The notes under the pieces are model-generated. The model ran no database searches. It was not told the origin of the DNA and saw only the letters and a program-made list of their open reading frames with translations. Of a DNA stretch of 64,000 nucleotides, positions 1 to 13,242 are shown one piece after another. Numbering within the stretch: the stretch's first letter is position 1; each line of letters starts with the position of its first letter. A program made the position numbers and the translations under genes. This DNA is from Eledone cirrhosa. Its lineage: Eukaryota. Location of the stretch: the NCBI GenBank assembly GCA_964016885.1, contig OZ024742.1, positions 234,980,001 through 235,044,000 on the forward strand. The letters run 5' to 3'.

Positions 1-760
1 GTACTTCATCACAAGAAAAAAGATAGGATTGACCTGTGCTTCCAGGGAAAGGCGGAGCAACTGTCTTCATGATGTCGTTATTACTTGGCCAGAAAAATTG
101 GCTTGCAGGACCTTCGAAATGAAGGAATTTCACATTAACATCAGAGTGTTCCAGTGAAACATAATGTGCCAATCTGGTGCAAGCATATGCTTTATATTTC
201 ACTGAATTCAACTTAGGATCAAAATAGTACAGTACAAGTGGATGTATTTTGGCCTGAGAATTGTTCCAATGAAACCCTTGAGCAGCATCTTGGACCACAA
301 ATGCATAGTTCTCAGAGAAATCTAATACTAAAATGGCTTCTCCTTCATTCAAAGACATTTTCTTCTGTTTGAAATACTCAATCTTTTTCTTGGCTATGTA
401 ATGATGCTCTGTTAACCAAAGAAACATTTTGACCAGAATGTCTATGAAGTCTTCAAATTCTTCTTCCTTATCCACTAGCTGACTTCTATCTGTGCTGACC
501 CAGTGTTTATATTCTATGATAGAATTGGTGGTGTGATGCAAGTGTACATGCTCATTTAGAAATTCATTCAGAACTGATGAGCCTGGGCAATCATCACAAT
601 AGTAAAATATACACTTTTCATTTTCAACATCACATACAGTCAGCTTCATGACTTCCTTATAATCAAGGGTATGATAAATGGCTGATAACATTAATTTAAT
701 GTTTTGATGGTATGTGGATACACATACATTGTGAGAGCCAGAAGAACCCACTGGATGGTT
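1..760 (-). mobile_element. Degenerate DDD transposase relic, Sola2-like DNA transposon
   Basis: Manual minus-strand translation gives GSSGSHNVCVSTYHQNIKLML...CDDCPG...WVSTDRSQL...HHYIAK...LDFSENYAFVVQDAAQGFHWNNSQAKIHPLVLYY. The DFSENY..Q...Q.FHW motif is typical of Sola2-type transposases (family assignment from memory). Frameshifted, and runs off the window start. Confidence 0.7.
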
Positions 761-799
761 AGTTTGGATATGTAAATGCATTCATGAGTGAATAATAAT

Positions 800-1292
800 A
801 ATTGTTTCTACTTTAGGCACAAGGCCAGCAATTACCCAGTGCATTACTGGTACTTTATTTTATCGACCCCGTAAGGATGAAAGGCAAAGTCAACCTCGGC
901 GGGATTTGAACTCAGATCATAACAATACTATTAATAACAGTTCCAGAGTGTAGCAGAAGGAAGACAAATACACAATCTTGATAAGGGGCAATAGCCCCGA
1001 AACAATTGTAGATGTTTTTTTCTCTGCTACTGATGGAACAAAATGATGACGTAGTCGTCTTGAACACATGGTGTAATGAGGCTGTTTGCTTGCAAGTGAA
1101 CTGAATATTAATAATTGTTTCTACTTTTGGCACAAGGCCAGCAATTACCCAGTGTGTTACTGGTAATTTTATCGACCCCGTAAGGATGAAAGGCAAAGTT
1201 AACCTCAACGGGATTTGAACTCAGAATGGAAAGGGCCGTAATTCTTTCTGTCAAAGCATGGCGTCCGACCCTCTACCGATACTGCCAATTCA
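800..1292 (-). mobile_element. Two copies (800-918 partial, 1112-1292) of tRNA-derived SINE family A (Meta-SINE-like core)
   Basis: Reverse complement of the full-length copy at 36630-36814: B box GAGTTCAAATCCC, core TTTGCCTTTCATCCTTACGGGGTCGATAAAATAAAGTACCAG, tail GTAGAAACAATT. Confidence 0.85.
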
Positions 1293-1389
1293 ATTAATGA
1301 TATTATTATGATATTATTATTATTCACTCACAAATACATATACATATGTGTGTACACACACACACATGCACATATATATATGTATATAT

Positions 1390-1672
1390 TGTGAGTTCAA
1401 TTCTCAGACTGGGTGATGTGTTGTTTCCTTGAGCAAGACACTTTATTTCACATTGCTCCAGTTTACTCAGCTGTAGAAATGAGATGATAGGTACTGGGGT
1501 CCATATCATTCCACTGCAAAGAGGTCGTGGAGATGCCACGGCAAAAAAGCACCCAGCACTCACTGTAAATGAGGTTGGTGTTAGGAAGGGCATCCAGCTG
1601 TAGAAATCAAGCCAGAATCAGTTCCCGTCCCACCCTTGCAAGCAGGGAAAAAGCGGACGTAAAATGAAATGA
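1390..1672 (+). mobile_element. SINE family B (tRNA head, V-like core, RTE-type 3' tail), 5'-truncated
   Basis: Near-identical to 44313-44634 and to the reverse complement of 55564-55899. Core CCTTGAGCAAGACACTT; ends CCCGTCCCACCCTTGCAAGCAGGGAAAAAGCGGACGTAAAATGA. Confidence 0.85.
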
Positions 1673-1676
1673 TATA

Positions 1677-2935
1677 TACCTAACTAAAAGTAAGCTGCTC
1701 TACCTGGCATTCGTCGATCTGGAAAAAGCCTTCCCCCGTGCTATAATCTGGTGGGCTCTTAGAAAATTAGGAGTAGATGAATGGCTTGTGAAAGCTATAC
1801 AAGCCATGTATAGAGGAGCAGTCAGCAAAGTTAGAGTTAGCAATGCCTATAGAGAGGAATTTAGTATACAGGTCAGTGTCCACCAGGGCTCTGTTCTTAG
1901 CCCTCTCCTGTTCATTATAGTTTTGCAGGCAATAACGGAGGAGTTTAAGACCGGATGCCCATGGGAACTCCTATATGCGGATGATCTCGCAATTATAGTT
2001 TAATCTATGGTGGAACTAGAGAAGAAATTCCAAACATGGAAGTAGGGACTAGAAAGAAAGGGTCTCAAAGTCAACCTGACAAAGACTAAGGTTCTTGTAA
2101 ATAGACGAGAAAACAGAACCCAGATCCCCTCAGGGAAATGGCCTTGCTCAGTATGTAAGAAAGGTGTAGGTAGGAACTCCATCCTCTGCCCCAAATGCAA
2201 ACAATGGGTACACAAGAGATGTAGTGGGATCTCAGGAAGCTTAACTAAGAATGTAGGCTTCATATGTAGCAGCTGCGCAGCAAACGGCAACAGGAAACAA
2301 GCACCACCAAACTCTGGGAGGGCTCTGTAGAAACAGTAGGCAGCTTCTCCTACCTAGGTGACCGAATTAGCAGTGGAGGTGGGTGTTCGGAAAGTACAAT
2401 AACTAGGGTATGAACGGGATGGAAGAAGTTCTGGGAGCTACTGCCACTGCTAACTGCAAAAGGCTTTTCCCTCAAAATGAAAGGCAGACTGTATGATGCG
2501 TGTATAAAAACAGCAATGTTACATGGTAGTGAGACCTGGGCGCTGTCTGTAGAAGACGTGCGCAGATTAGAAAAAAACGAAGCTTGCATGCTCCGATGGA
2601 TGTGTAATAGTAATATACGTGAACGGCAAAACAGAAACAAATTGAGAGAGAGCTGAGCATAAGAGGAATAAAATGCTGTATGCAGGAAGAGGTTGCGTTG
2701 GTATGGACAGGTGATGCGTATGAAGGATGACAGCTGTATAAAAAGGTGCAGAGCACTAGAAGTCAATGGAAGCCGCATAGTGGGGAGACCCAAGAATACC
2801 TGTGATGAGGTGATAAAAGCTGACCTTACTCAATTGCACCTCTCAAGGGCGATGACACACGACCGTGACCTCTGGCGTCACACAGTAATACAGAAGACCC
2901 GACTTCCCATGGGAACAAGCTGAAGCATATAGACA
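1677..2935 (+). mobile_element. RTE-clade LINE, 5'-truncated and decayed
   Basis: RT motifs AFVDLEKAF, VHQGSVLSPLLF, LLYADDL and C-terminal RWYGQVMRM...GRPKNT, with several stops and frameshifts. Confidence 0.9.
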
Positions 2936-3099
2936 ATATGCCCCCACCCCCTCCCTCTGCAATGTGGTCGTGGAGGTGCCACAGCAAAAAAGCATGAGGG
3001 GTTGGGTGCTTTTTGCCATGTCACCATCATAACCACATTACTGTGTGCGCTAGAGGCTTCACTGGATGTATACTTCAGCCTGTCTTTATGGGAGTGGAT

Positions 3100-4040
3100 G
3101 GGGTGGGGTGGTGCATGCTATATATGTATGCTTCAGCCCCGGCCTGTGCCCGTGGGAAGTCGGGTCTTCTGTATTACTGCATAACACCAGAGATCTCTGT
3201 CCTGTGTCATCGCCTTTGGGGGGTGCAATTTGGCAAAGCTTTTATCACCTTGTCTTCCTGGGTCTCCCCACTGCACGGCTTCCATCAACTTTGAGCAATC
3301 TGCACCTTTTTATGCAGCTGTCATCCTTCATACACATCACATGTCCATATCAACACAATCTCCTCTCCTGCACACTGCATCTGATTCCTCTTGTGCCTAG
3401 TTTCTCTCTCAGTTCATTCATGCTTTGTCATTCACATATATTACTATTACACTTCAATCGGAGCATGCAAGCTTCATTTCTTTCCAGTCTATGCAAGTCT
3501 TCTGCACACAGTGCCCAGGTCTCGCTACCATTCAACATGGCTGTTCATATGCACCCATCATACAATCTGCCTTTCATTTTGAGGGAAAAGCCTTTTATAG
3601 CTCCCTGAACTTCTTCCATCCCATTCTCACCCTGGCTACTGTACTTTTGGAACATCCACCACTGCTGCTAATTTGGTCACTCATGTAGCAGAAGCTGTCT
3701 ACTGCTTCTACCGAGCCTTCCTGGAATTTGATGGTGCTTGTTTCCTGTGGTCATTTGCTGCTTACGGTTCCGGTGCAGCTTCTACATGTAAAGCCTAGAT
3801 TCTTTGCTAAACTTCTTGAGATCCCACTACATCTCTTCTGTACCCATAGTTTGCATTTGGAATAGAGGATGCAATTTCTACATACTGAGCAAGACCATTT
3901 CCTTGAGAGAATCAGGGTTCTGTTTTTACTTGTCTACTTACTAGGACCTTATTCTTTGTCAGGTTGACTTTAAGACCCCTTGTTTCTTGGCCCTGCTTCC
4001 ATGTTTGGAATTTCTTCTTTAGTTCCACCATAGATTCTAC
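3100..4040 (-). mobile_element. RTE-clade LINE 3' fragment, tail-to-tail with the preceding copy
   Basis: Reverse complement aligns by eye to about 2000-2930 (Cys-rich insert, LHGSETW-like region, 3' end). Confidence 0.85.
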
Positions 4041-4975
4041 TATGAGTGTAAGAAGTTTAAAGTATCAAAACATATACAATATGTATGATGAATATGTTCA
4101 GAGAATTAGTAATAGAAATTTAAAAATTTTAAATTTAAATGTAAAAAAAAAATATATATGCATATAGTCATGTATCGTTAGAGAAACTTATTGTATTCTG
4201 TACATATTTATAAAAAACATATAATATTTTGGAAACACCATGTTTTATGGTGGAAAAATTAAAATTCCTTATAGCACTTTTTCTTAGTCGTAGAACCGGA
4301 TTAAAAATCATCTAAGTAATCGATTATTGATTACCAAATATCGATTTTGGTACAGCTCTGGGAAACGTGGAACCAGTCATCAGAGGAAAATTATCTCTTT
4401 ATAAGATCAATACAAAATATCTTCATATCCGTCATGTTCAGAGAAATAGTCAATCCAGACGCATGGGGTGATTTATATTTAACAGTGACGGCAGATATAA
4501 ATAGGACTGGACGTTGCGTCCGCTAGAAATAGGTGCGATGTACCAGTCACAGTACAAGCCGCTCAACAAATTAAGAATTTGGAGCAGATATCTACTAATT
4601 TAAAGTATCATAATATATATAATATATATGATGAATATGTTTCTCAGTGAAAAAGCTCAATGGCTGTTTGTCCAGAGCATCAATAATTCAAATTTATATA
4701 TATATATATATTCAAATTTATATATATTTATATATATATATATATATAAATGAAGTAATTCCGTCGGAAAGGTCCAGGAAAAAAGAGTGCTCTCTCTCTA
4801 TATATCTTTATAGAGAGAGAGAGCTCGATATAACTATGGATGTATACAGATCGAATTTAATTCCATCTGTGACCACACATGTGTCGCCTATTCGGATGAA
4901 ACAATTTGTAACGAATAAAAAATGTCGATAAGTGCCTTTGATTCTCAATCATAAATTTCTGTTTATATATATATA

Positions 4976-5759
4976 TAGTAGAATAATCGAGTATCGAAAA
5001 ATCGGCGCACGAGTTCACGATAAACAAAATTCGAAATGAGCGGCAGAGGGCTCAATAATTCAGATAAATCAGAGCTATAACTATCGTTAAAATACCGTCA
5101 CACATAGAACATGTCTAAAATCAACCATATGACCGAAAAATTACGATCTGGAAGATTCGGGACACTCAGATAAAATATCAATAAATCAATAAATCAAATG
5201 AATGTAAAAAGCATACCCGGACCCGCTAGAAAGATGGTAAATCTAGCTTCTTGGGTTTCTGTAAATCCTTAAACCGCCCTCTATCAGCCCACATAAAAAT
5301 ATATAAGACTTCTAGAAAGCAGCGGACCGGAATTTACTTCCTCAACGAGCTTTTGTCCGAACGAATAAAAAGGCATAACCCAAGTTGAAAAAACGCACAT
5401 GGAATTCAGCAAGGGAGATAACCTCTATATCCGCAAAAAATATTCGGGAAAATGTGGAAATACACATATCGAATAAGAGTGCTCAATAGACATGTTAAAA
5501 TAAACAGGAGCTATTCATCATTTAATAGAATCGACAAAAAATGAACAATAAAATTAACTGGTCAATAGCTAAGTCTAGAGCTAAATATAGTAGAATAATC
5601 GAGTATCGAAAAATCGGCGCACGAGTTCACGATAAACAAAATTCGAAATGAGCGGCAGAGGGCTCAATAATTCAGATAAATCAGAGCTATAACTATCGTT
5701 AAAATACCGACACACATAGAACATGTCTAAAATCAACCATACGACCGAAAAATTACGAT
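4976..5759 (+). repeat. About 172-bp direct duplication (4976-5147 and 5587-5759)
   Basis: TAGTAGAATAATCGAGTATCGAAAAATCGGCGCACG...GACCGAAAAATTACGAT occurs twice with about 2 differences. Confidence 0.9.
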
Positions 5760-5849
5760 ATATATATATATAATTATTTCCTTTGACGTTGTAAACATTT
5801 ACACAAACATACACCATAACTATGGAATAACGACAATTCTGTACTGGCT

Positions 5850-7070
5850 AGACACACACCAATCTGAAATACCAACATGCATCAACAAAGACTTTAATAT
5901 TAAAGAGCTCTAATTTATTCTATAGAACAATTATTTTACCTTCAATGGTTCGACATACCGATGAATGTCAGGCACTGCAATGGGCATGAAAGTAGCCCCT
6001 ACATATGCCAACTTAGTCATGGGATTCCAAGAACAAAACATCTACATCCTTACCTAATACTTTTCGGAGACACTTTCCGTACACAACTCAAAAGCAACTT
6101 GAAGAGATACCTAGACGATTGCTTTACACTATGACAGGAAAATATGAATACAAAAATATGGTAAATTACATAAACAACAACATACCATTCACAATGGAAT
6201 CCAACCTCAATTCTTAGATATCCTAATTACAAAAGCAGACAGAAAAATAGAAATGGACATCTTTTATAAACCCGCGGACTCCAAACAGTACCTTCTCATC
6301 ACATCAAGTCACCCAAACCTTACAAAAATAAACATTCCTTTTAACTTAGCCAAACGTATTGCATCATAGTATCAGACCTAACTAAGCGGGAATAAATATT
6401 AAATTAAATAAAAAACTCTTATCTTGACATAATTAATAGACAGGGTAAAACACGCTGATTTTCACGAACTTAACAATTAAAAACACAGAACCAAGAACAA
6501 TACCTTACCATATATATCCCCCTTCAACCCCAGAAACGCCGAAATGTCCGACCACCTCCACCCCACCGCACCCCATCCCATTTGAAGATGAAAAAATGAA
6601 AAAAAATCCTAGAAACACACAAGATCATCAAAAGTAAAAGGCAATCCAAAACACTAGAACAAAAATACACAAACACATCGCCAACCCTACTGTGACAAAA
6701 TGCGGAAGAACAAATTGTGGCACATGCCTATACTTAATCGAAGGACAAAGCTTCACATTTAAAGTTGGCCAAACATTTGCAGATAACTTCACCTGCAACT
6801 CAGAGAACTTGATCTACGTAATCACATGCGGTGGATATTGGCATAACTACATAGAACAGACGGGTGTGTCATTACGCAAAAAAGGACCATCCATCGCCAA
6901 CAAATCTGAAACGAAAAATCCCCCAGAGTAGCCACATTGCAGATTATACAGGAATGATCCTACCCAACTTTAATCCCCCCCCCCACTTTATAAGTGCTCA
7001 GACTCTTTCACACAACAACAGAGAATAAATTTAAAAAAAAAGTATTTATTAATATAAACTAGAACTAAAT
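5850..7070 (+). mobile_element. Penelope-like element relic (RT plus C-terminal GIY-YIG, Neptune/Poseidon-like)
   Basis: GTAMGMKVAPTYANLVMG, RYLDDCF, FLDILITK, FYKPADSKQYL, NIPFNLAKRI, Cys linker KCGRTNCGTC and NLIYVITCGG..HNYI (GIY-YIG). Many indels. Confidence 0.85.
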
Positions 7071-7196
7071 ATGTAATCGCCCCCATTAGATTATACATAA
7101 GGATCTATAGATTAAGCACACACATATATAAGCAGACCAATACAGATGAACACACACATATATAAGCAAACCAATACAGGTGCACACTCACACACT

Positions 7197-7227
<31 letters not shown>

Positions 7228-7597
7228 GGCGTTAGCCCCCCCCCCCCCCCCCCCCCCCCGTGATCGCATAACTACGGCTTCCTAAAATCGTATTTCTTTC
7301 GAAATACGAAATTTCTATACATATATATATATATTAGAAGTTATATTTAATTTGTTGGGATACAACAAGCAAATATTTTTATAACTGATATAACTGATAT
7401 TGCTTTGGTGTCCTTGAAATATGTATAATGAAATAAATATGGTTTTATAAATATAGTTTCCATTTGTTAATATATTGTATATATATATATATATATAAAA
7501 AGGATCGATCGACTTTCGTCAAATCGGAACGAGGAAACAATGTTTTCGTCGGTTTTTCCAGTTGCTAATACTATCTATCGGTCGCAACTCCAGGTAG

Positions 7598-7911
<314 letters not shown>

Positions 7912-7964
7912 ATATCAAACCTGTCAACTCTCCCCGCCAAACGAGGAGATGTCCCACTCACTTT

Positions 7965-8083
7965 GGGGTGTTCAAATTCCGCCAAGGTTAACTTTGCCTT
8001 TCATCCTTACGGGGGTCGATAAAATAAAGTACCAGTAATGTACTGGGTAATTGCTGGCCTTGTGTCAAAAGTAGAAACAATTA
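7965..8083 (+). mobile_element. SINE family A, 5'-truncated
   Basis: GTTCAAATTCC...CTTTCATCCTTACGGGGGTCGATAAAATAAAGTACCAG...GTAGAAACAATT. Confidence 0.8.
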
Positions 8084-8419
8084 TGTTAAAATCTCATTTT
8101 GCCTCATTTCTCTCCGTTTTAGGGCCCTCTTTTTCATGGTCCTTCCCGTTCGGATTTTTAGAGGTTGGCAGGTCTTATCCCCACACACACACCATGAAAT
8201 AAAAGAGAATTTATTTATATACACATTTTTTCAAAAATAACCGCTCTTCAAAAACATGATTGGAAACCATCATACCCGTTTTTTTTTAAATCCTAGAAAT
8301 ACACAAGATCATCAAAAGTAAAAGGCAATCCAAAACACTCACACACATTCTCACTAGAACAAAAATACACAAACACATCGCCAACCCCCCCTAAAAAAAA
8401 GATCTGTGTCAAACAAACT

Positions 8420-8422
<3 letters not shown>

Positions 8423-8497
<75 letters not shown>
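8423..8497. repeat. (CA)n microsatellite
   Basis: Perfect dinucleotide run. Confidence 0.97.
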
Positions 8498-8501
<4 letters not shown>

Positions 8502-9183
8502 CATATACACACGCGATGATACAACCCCCCCCCCCCAAAAAAAAAAAAAATTATATATATAAAAAACATTTTTTCCAAAAACAACCATGACATTTTCCCC
8601 TTAAAATAAATCTCTGACAAAGTTTGATTTCCACTCTCTCTCATACACACAACATATTCCTAAAATAGAATTTCTTTGACAAATCCTTTATATCTCTCTC
8701 TCCCACACACCACAAGTTGAACCCCAAAACACACATTCCTAGCTTATATCTTCTGTTCACCCCCACTACTGACCTTTGACACAATAGAGATATACACACA
8801 TACACATAGAAATATTCTTCCTATAACAACGTTGACCTGTTAAGCGCCACTACTACCACCTACTCTCTGTTCTTAAATAATCCCCCCCTCTGAACTATTC
8901 AGCCCCCCCCCCCCCCACACACACACCGCCTATTAAATTTTGCTAATCTATCTCCGGCGAAATTTTGTGATTCATGTTGATACAGCAGCTGGAGAATCTA
9001 ATAATTATTTTATGTTACATTAAAAAAACCCCAAAACATTATATATGACAAAAAAAGAACATTACAAGAAATCCCATATTTAAGAACGTACACTATACAA
9101 TTACCGATTCTACCCTCCCCCGCTAATAAGAATTTAAACAAATATCCCCCCCCCCCCTATTATTTAGGACCCGAGAGTACATA

Positions 9184-9252
<69 letters not shown>

Positions 9253-9257
9253 TATAA

Positions 9258-11800
9258 AATGACCAACACCCAAAACATGGAGTACCTTTTTAGATCAAGG
9301 AGGAACCCTCCCCACAACAGGCTAATGGAGGAGTTCGAAAACGAGATGATCAACATTATCTCCAACCTCAAATTCTCCGGAAACCCACCCTGAAGTCAGG
9401 AGTACCTCAGATACCTGGGAAACAGGATTACAAAACTTAAAGAGACAACTGGAATACTTGTCCATGCCGATAAAACCAACAACCTCTACAACATGGACAT
9501 TGAACTGTATAATAAGCTAATTCTCGGGGAACTGAGGAAATGCTACAAAAAGACACCTGGAGTTACCCTGGATGAGATCAACGCCACAGCTTACAGGATT
9601 ATATCCGGACTCGGCATAGAGGATAGGACGGCCCCATACCAACCAGTGGAAGCCGCGGATTACCCTTAAGGACCACAAGTCAAACTTTGAGTCCGACCTC
9701 CCTGTTAGACTAATAGCCCCCCCCCCCCCAGATCAGACCTAGGGATCGTCAGTAAAAACATACTGGATAGGATTTTGCCCAAGCTTCGGAAAAAAACTAG
9801 ATTACAGCAATGGTCATATGCACGGGAGAGGTAATAGAATGGTTTAAGATACTACCTGAGAAAAGTAGGACCAGCTTTATCCAACTGGATATTGCAGGCT
9901 ACTACTCCTCAATCTCTCCCATAGTACTCAATAAGGCCCTTATTTTAGCGATGTCCAATACGGACCTAACACACAAGGAGGTGGGCATCATCCACGCCGC
10001 CCGAAAGACCCTGATCAGTTTCGGTGAAGACCTTTGGACCAGAAGTGATTGGCCAAATAACTTTGACATCACGATGGGCTCCAGCGACTCCGCACAGGTA
10101 ATGGACCTGGTCCGGCTATTCCTGCTGAAGCAGATAACAGATGAAACTTCCTGCCTGGGCGGCGGATTGTATCGTGACGATGCACTCTTCACAGTCTATG
10201 ACCACAGCACCAATATGGTGGAGAGAATGAGGAGGCGTATTCGGCATTTCCATGGGCTCAATATCGAACTACACCCAAATAGAAAGGTAGTTAACTTCCT
10301 AGACACCACCCTAAACCTGAACACCGAGCAATACTACCCCTATCACAAGCCCAACGAGAAACTGGTATATGTTAACGCCAAGTCAAACCACCTTAGATCC
10401 ATAATTAAGGCCGTAGTGAAGAGTGTCTCGGACAGGATCTCCAGCCTGTCCGCAAATAAGGAGATCTTCGATAGCAACGCGGAATATTACAACGCAGCTC
10501 TAAATAAGGCGGCGCATGGCCAAAATATATCATATAATCCAAGGCACCATGACGGGGATAGCCCAACGGATACCCCGACCCACGGGATCTGGGACGGGGG
10601 GCCCTAACAATACAAGCAGAGTGAAAACAACTAAACACCATGAACCCGACACCACCACATTGGCGAGGGGCACGCGTACGCATAACCATGGGAGGAAACC
10701 CGGTACGAGTAGCGGTCTCAGGGGTGATATCAACCACCCCGGGCCCGACGCCCCCAACCGCAAGACACGAAGCGGGACCGATGGAAGACCATCCCATAGT
10801 AGAACTCCCAGCGTGGGTAACAACCACCCCAGAGATACGGACCGGGAAGTTAGCAGAACACATAGCGCCCAAAGGTGAAGCAGCAATGCGGGAACCACTA
10901 GCAACCCAACAACTCCCCAACAGCCCACGACACGCTCAACCCACCCACATAGGAGTAGACATAGAAAAATCACGTGGTACAACCTACCATACTTAGCGGC
11001 CCTAAAGAACAGCATGGCCCGCTCATTCTTTAGAGCACTAGATAAATGCTTCCCGAAGGACCATAGATACCGCAAGATCTTCAACAGACATACTGTAAAG
11101 CTCTCATATTCTACCACGTGAAATGTGGCCCAGCACATAGCTAGCATCAATAGGGGTAGACTTAAAAACCACACACAACCGGAAGCTGGCAATATAGGCA
11201 CCCGGCAGAACCATGTGGAGGGAAAGAAGTAACCCCAACAGACCCAGGGATCCCCCACCGGGCCCGGGGGAGGACCACCATATAATACGCAACGGGAACC
11301 CCACATTAGGCACGCGGAGGTCGACCACCTCCTGCAACTGCAGAAACCCAGCATTATGCCCCCTTAGTAATGAACGCCTAAGGAAGAACTTAATATGCGG
11401 ATGTAGAGTAAAAACCCCCAACTCTGAACACCTTTACATAGGAGCTTCCAGATCAGTTCGGAAAGAGCCGTATTTTTCCCTTTGTCCTCCCTATTAAAGG
11501 AATGGCGATGGTTATACCATCGCCATTCCTTTAATAGGGAGGACAAAGGGAAAAGTACGGCTCTTTCCGAACTGATCTGGAAGCTCAAGCTGGACAGGAC
11601 CCCGTACTCTCTGGCCTGGTCCAAAATCAGGAAAGTACCACCTGATAAAGGGGATTTGGCATCTGCAAACTATGTCTGAGCGAGACCCTCGAGATACTCA
11701 GCGTTGGAAGCAGCCTGATAAACCTCAGGACTGACTTCTTCGGGACATGTAGACACCTCAGGGCCGGGACCTTCCTCAAGCTATATGGACAATAACAACA
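9258..11800 (+). mobile_element. Penelope-like element ORF (RT plus C-terminal GIY-YIG, probably Nematis-type), disrupted
   Basis: ADKTNNLY, ITLKDHKSNF, FIQLDIAGYYSSIS, FDITMGSSDSAQV, GLYRDDAL, VNFLDTTLNL, YVNAKSNH, RKITWYNLPY, KIFNRHTVKLSYS, CNCRNPALCPL, LYIGAS, NHRHSF, TALSELIWKLK, CKLCLSE. Several frameshifts. Clade assignment is from memory of motifs. Confidence 0.88.
11442..11586. repeat. Near-perfect palindrome: 71-bp arms, 3-nt loop, 1 mismatch
   Basis: GAGCTTCCAGATCAGTTCGG...GGCGATGGT-TAT-ACCATCGCC...CCGAACTGATCTGGAAGCTC. Confidence 0.95.
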
Positions 11801-11905
11801 CACTACCACCCCTACCCCTGCCTCGATCGACTCCTATGGCAGCACAGATTTATGCATATGTCCATACATAGATCCTGTTATTTAAGATTGTAAATGCACT
11901 GATAC

Positions 11906-11906
<1 letters not shown>

Positions 11907-11970
<64 letters not shown>

Positions 11971-11995
11971 TGTGTGTGTGTGTGTGTGCATGCGC

Positions 11996-12027
<32 letters not shown>
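11907..12027. repeat. (TG)n plus (TA)n compound microsatellite
   Basis: Direct reading. Confidence 0.95.
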
Positions 12028-12030
<3 letters not shown>

Positions 12031-13242
12031 ACAAGCGCACCTCAGCGTGAAAGGTCTTTCTAAAAACGAAACAATACCTCCTATGTTAACCAAGAACTCC
12101 TAAGACCTAACCAACAACCAACGACTCAATTTATAAAAAAATAAAAAAAATAAAAATTTTTCTAATCCGGAAAAAAATTCTTTTTGGATTTTGTGAAGAA
12201 AATAAATTTGTTGAAAGCACAAGTGAAGCCATTTTTTTCTTCCCCCCTGTCTTAATATACCTAACTGTACCAAGGATTACACACATTTTCCAATATATAT
12301 ATATATATATATGGGTGTGTGTGTGTTTGTATAATCTGGGTGTGTAGGTGTGTGTGATTATGGGATGCACCTGGGCCCGTGTTTGTGCGTGTGGGCTTGC
12401 AACGATGTGGGTTGACATACACGCATATGTACTCTATGCCGAGTTAAAAACTGTGGTCCTCTGCATTTCCGGATTTTGACACTCAGGTTATGGTGTTTTA
12501 CACTCCACTCTTGCCTCATTTGCTCTTAAAACGCACCACCCCATGATAGTGTAATCCTTTGCATTTCCCGATTCTGACACATAGCCTTTCTACTTCAGTC
12601 AATATTTTCCAAATCTTTCAAACTTTAATATTAGCTATAACACACACGCACTTTATTCTTCTTGGATATTTGATATTGGCTATAACAAACATGCATTTTA
12701 TTCTACTTTATTTATTTTTTTATTTTTTTTGCTTCTTCATTTTATTGTATCTTATCTTATTATTTAATTTTTTTTTTATTTTATTTTATTTTTTTAAATA
12801 TTTTATTTCTTCGTTTTGCTTTATCTTATTTCATTATCTGTTTGGCACACCCCACCACGTGAAAGGGTGGTGGGATTGATGCCAACCCACACATACTCAT
12901 TCTTCTAAAGACAGCAGCAGTAGAACTAAGGCTAACCTGCCAGCTGACTCCCTAACACCAATAAACACAAGGGAGGAGGTCAGCTGTACTTAACAAAAAC
13001 AACCACAACAGATTGTCTTGCCTCGGAAATTTTTTTTTATAGACTTTTGACTGAGGAATGTTCTCACAACTGACCAATGGGAGGAGAGAGTGTCCTATGA
13101 TGCCGAAATTCGTTTGTTCGAATTCATATGATTCCAGTTCCTCAGAGAAATAACAACCCAACCAGGAGCTGGACATATCGGAGTATTGACGGAGTAAAAC
13201 ACTTTAACAACATGTGTACCTGTCTCTACCACACCAATTCGG

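Noticed and set aside
10530-11354. 274-aa minus-strand ORF and other overlapping ORFs in the PLE
   Set aside because: They are antisense shadows of GC-rich PLE coding sequence with no recognisable motifs.
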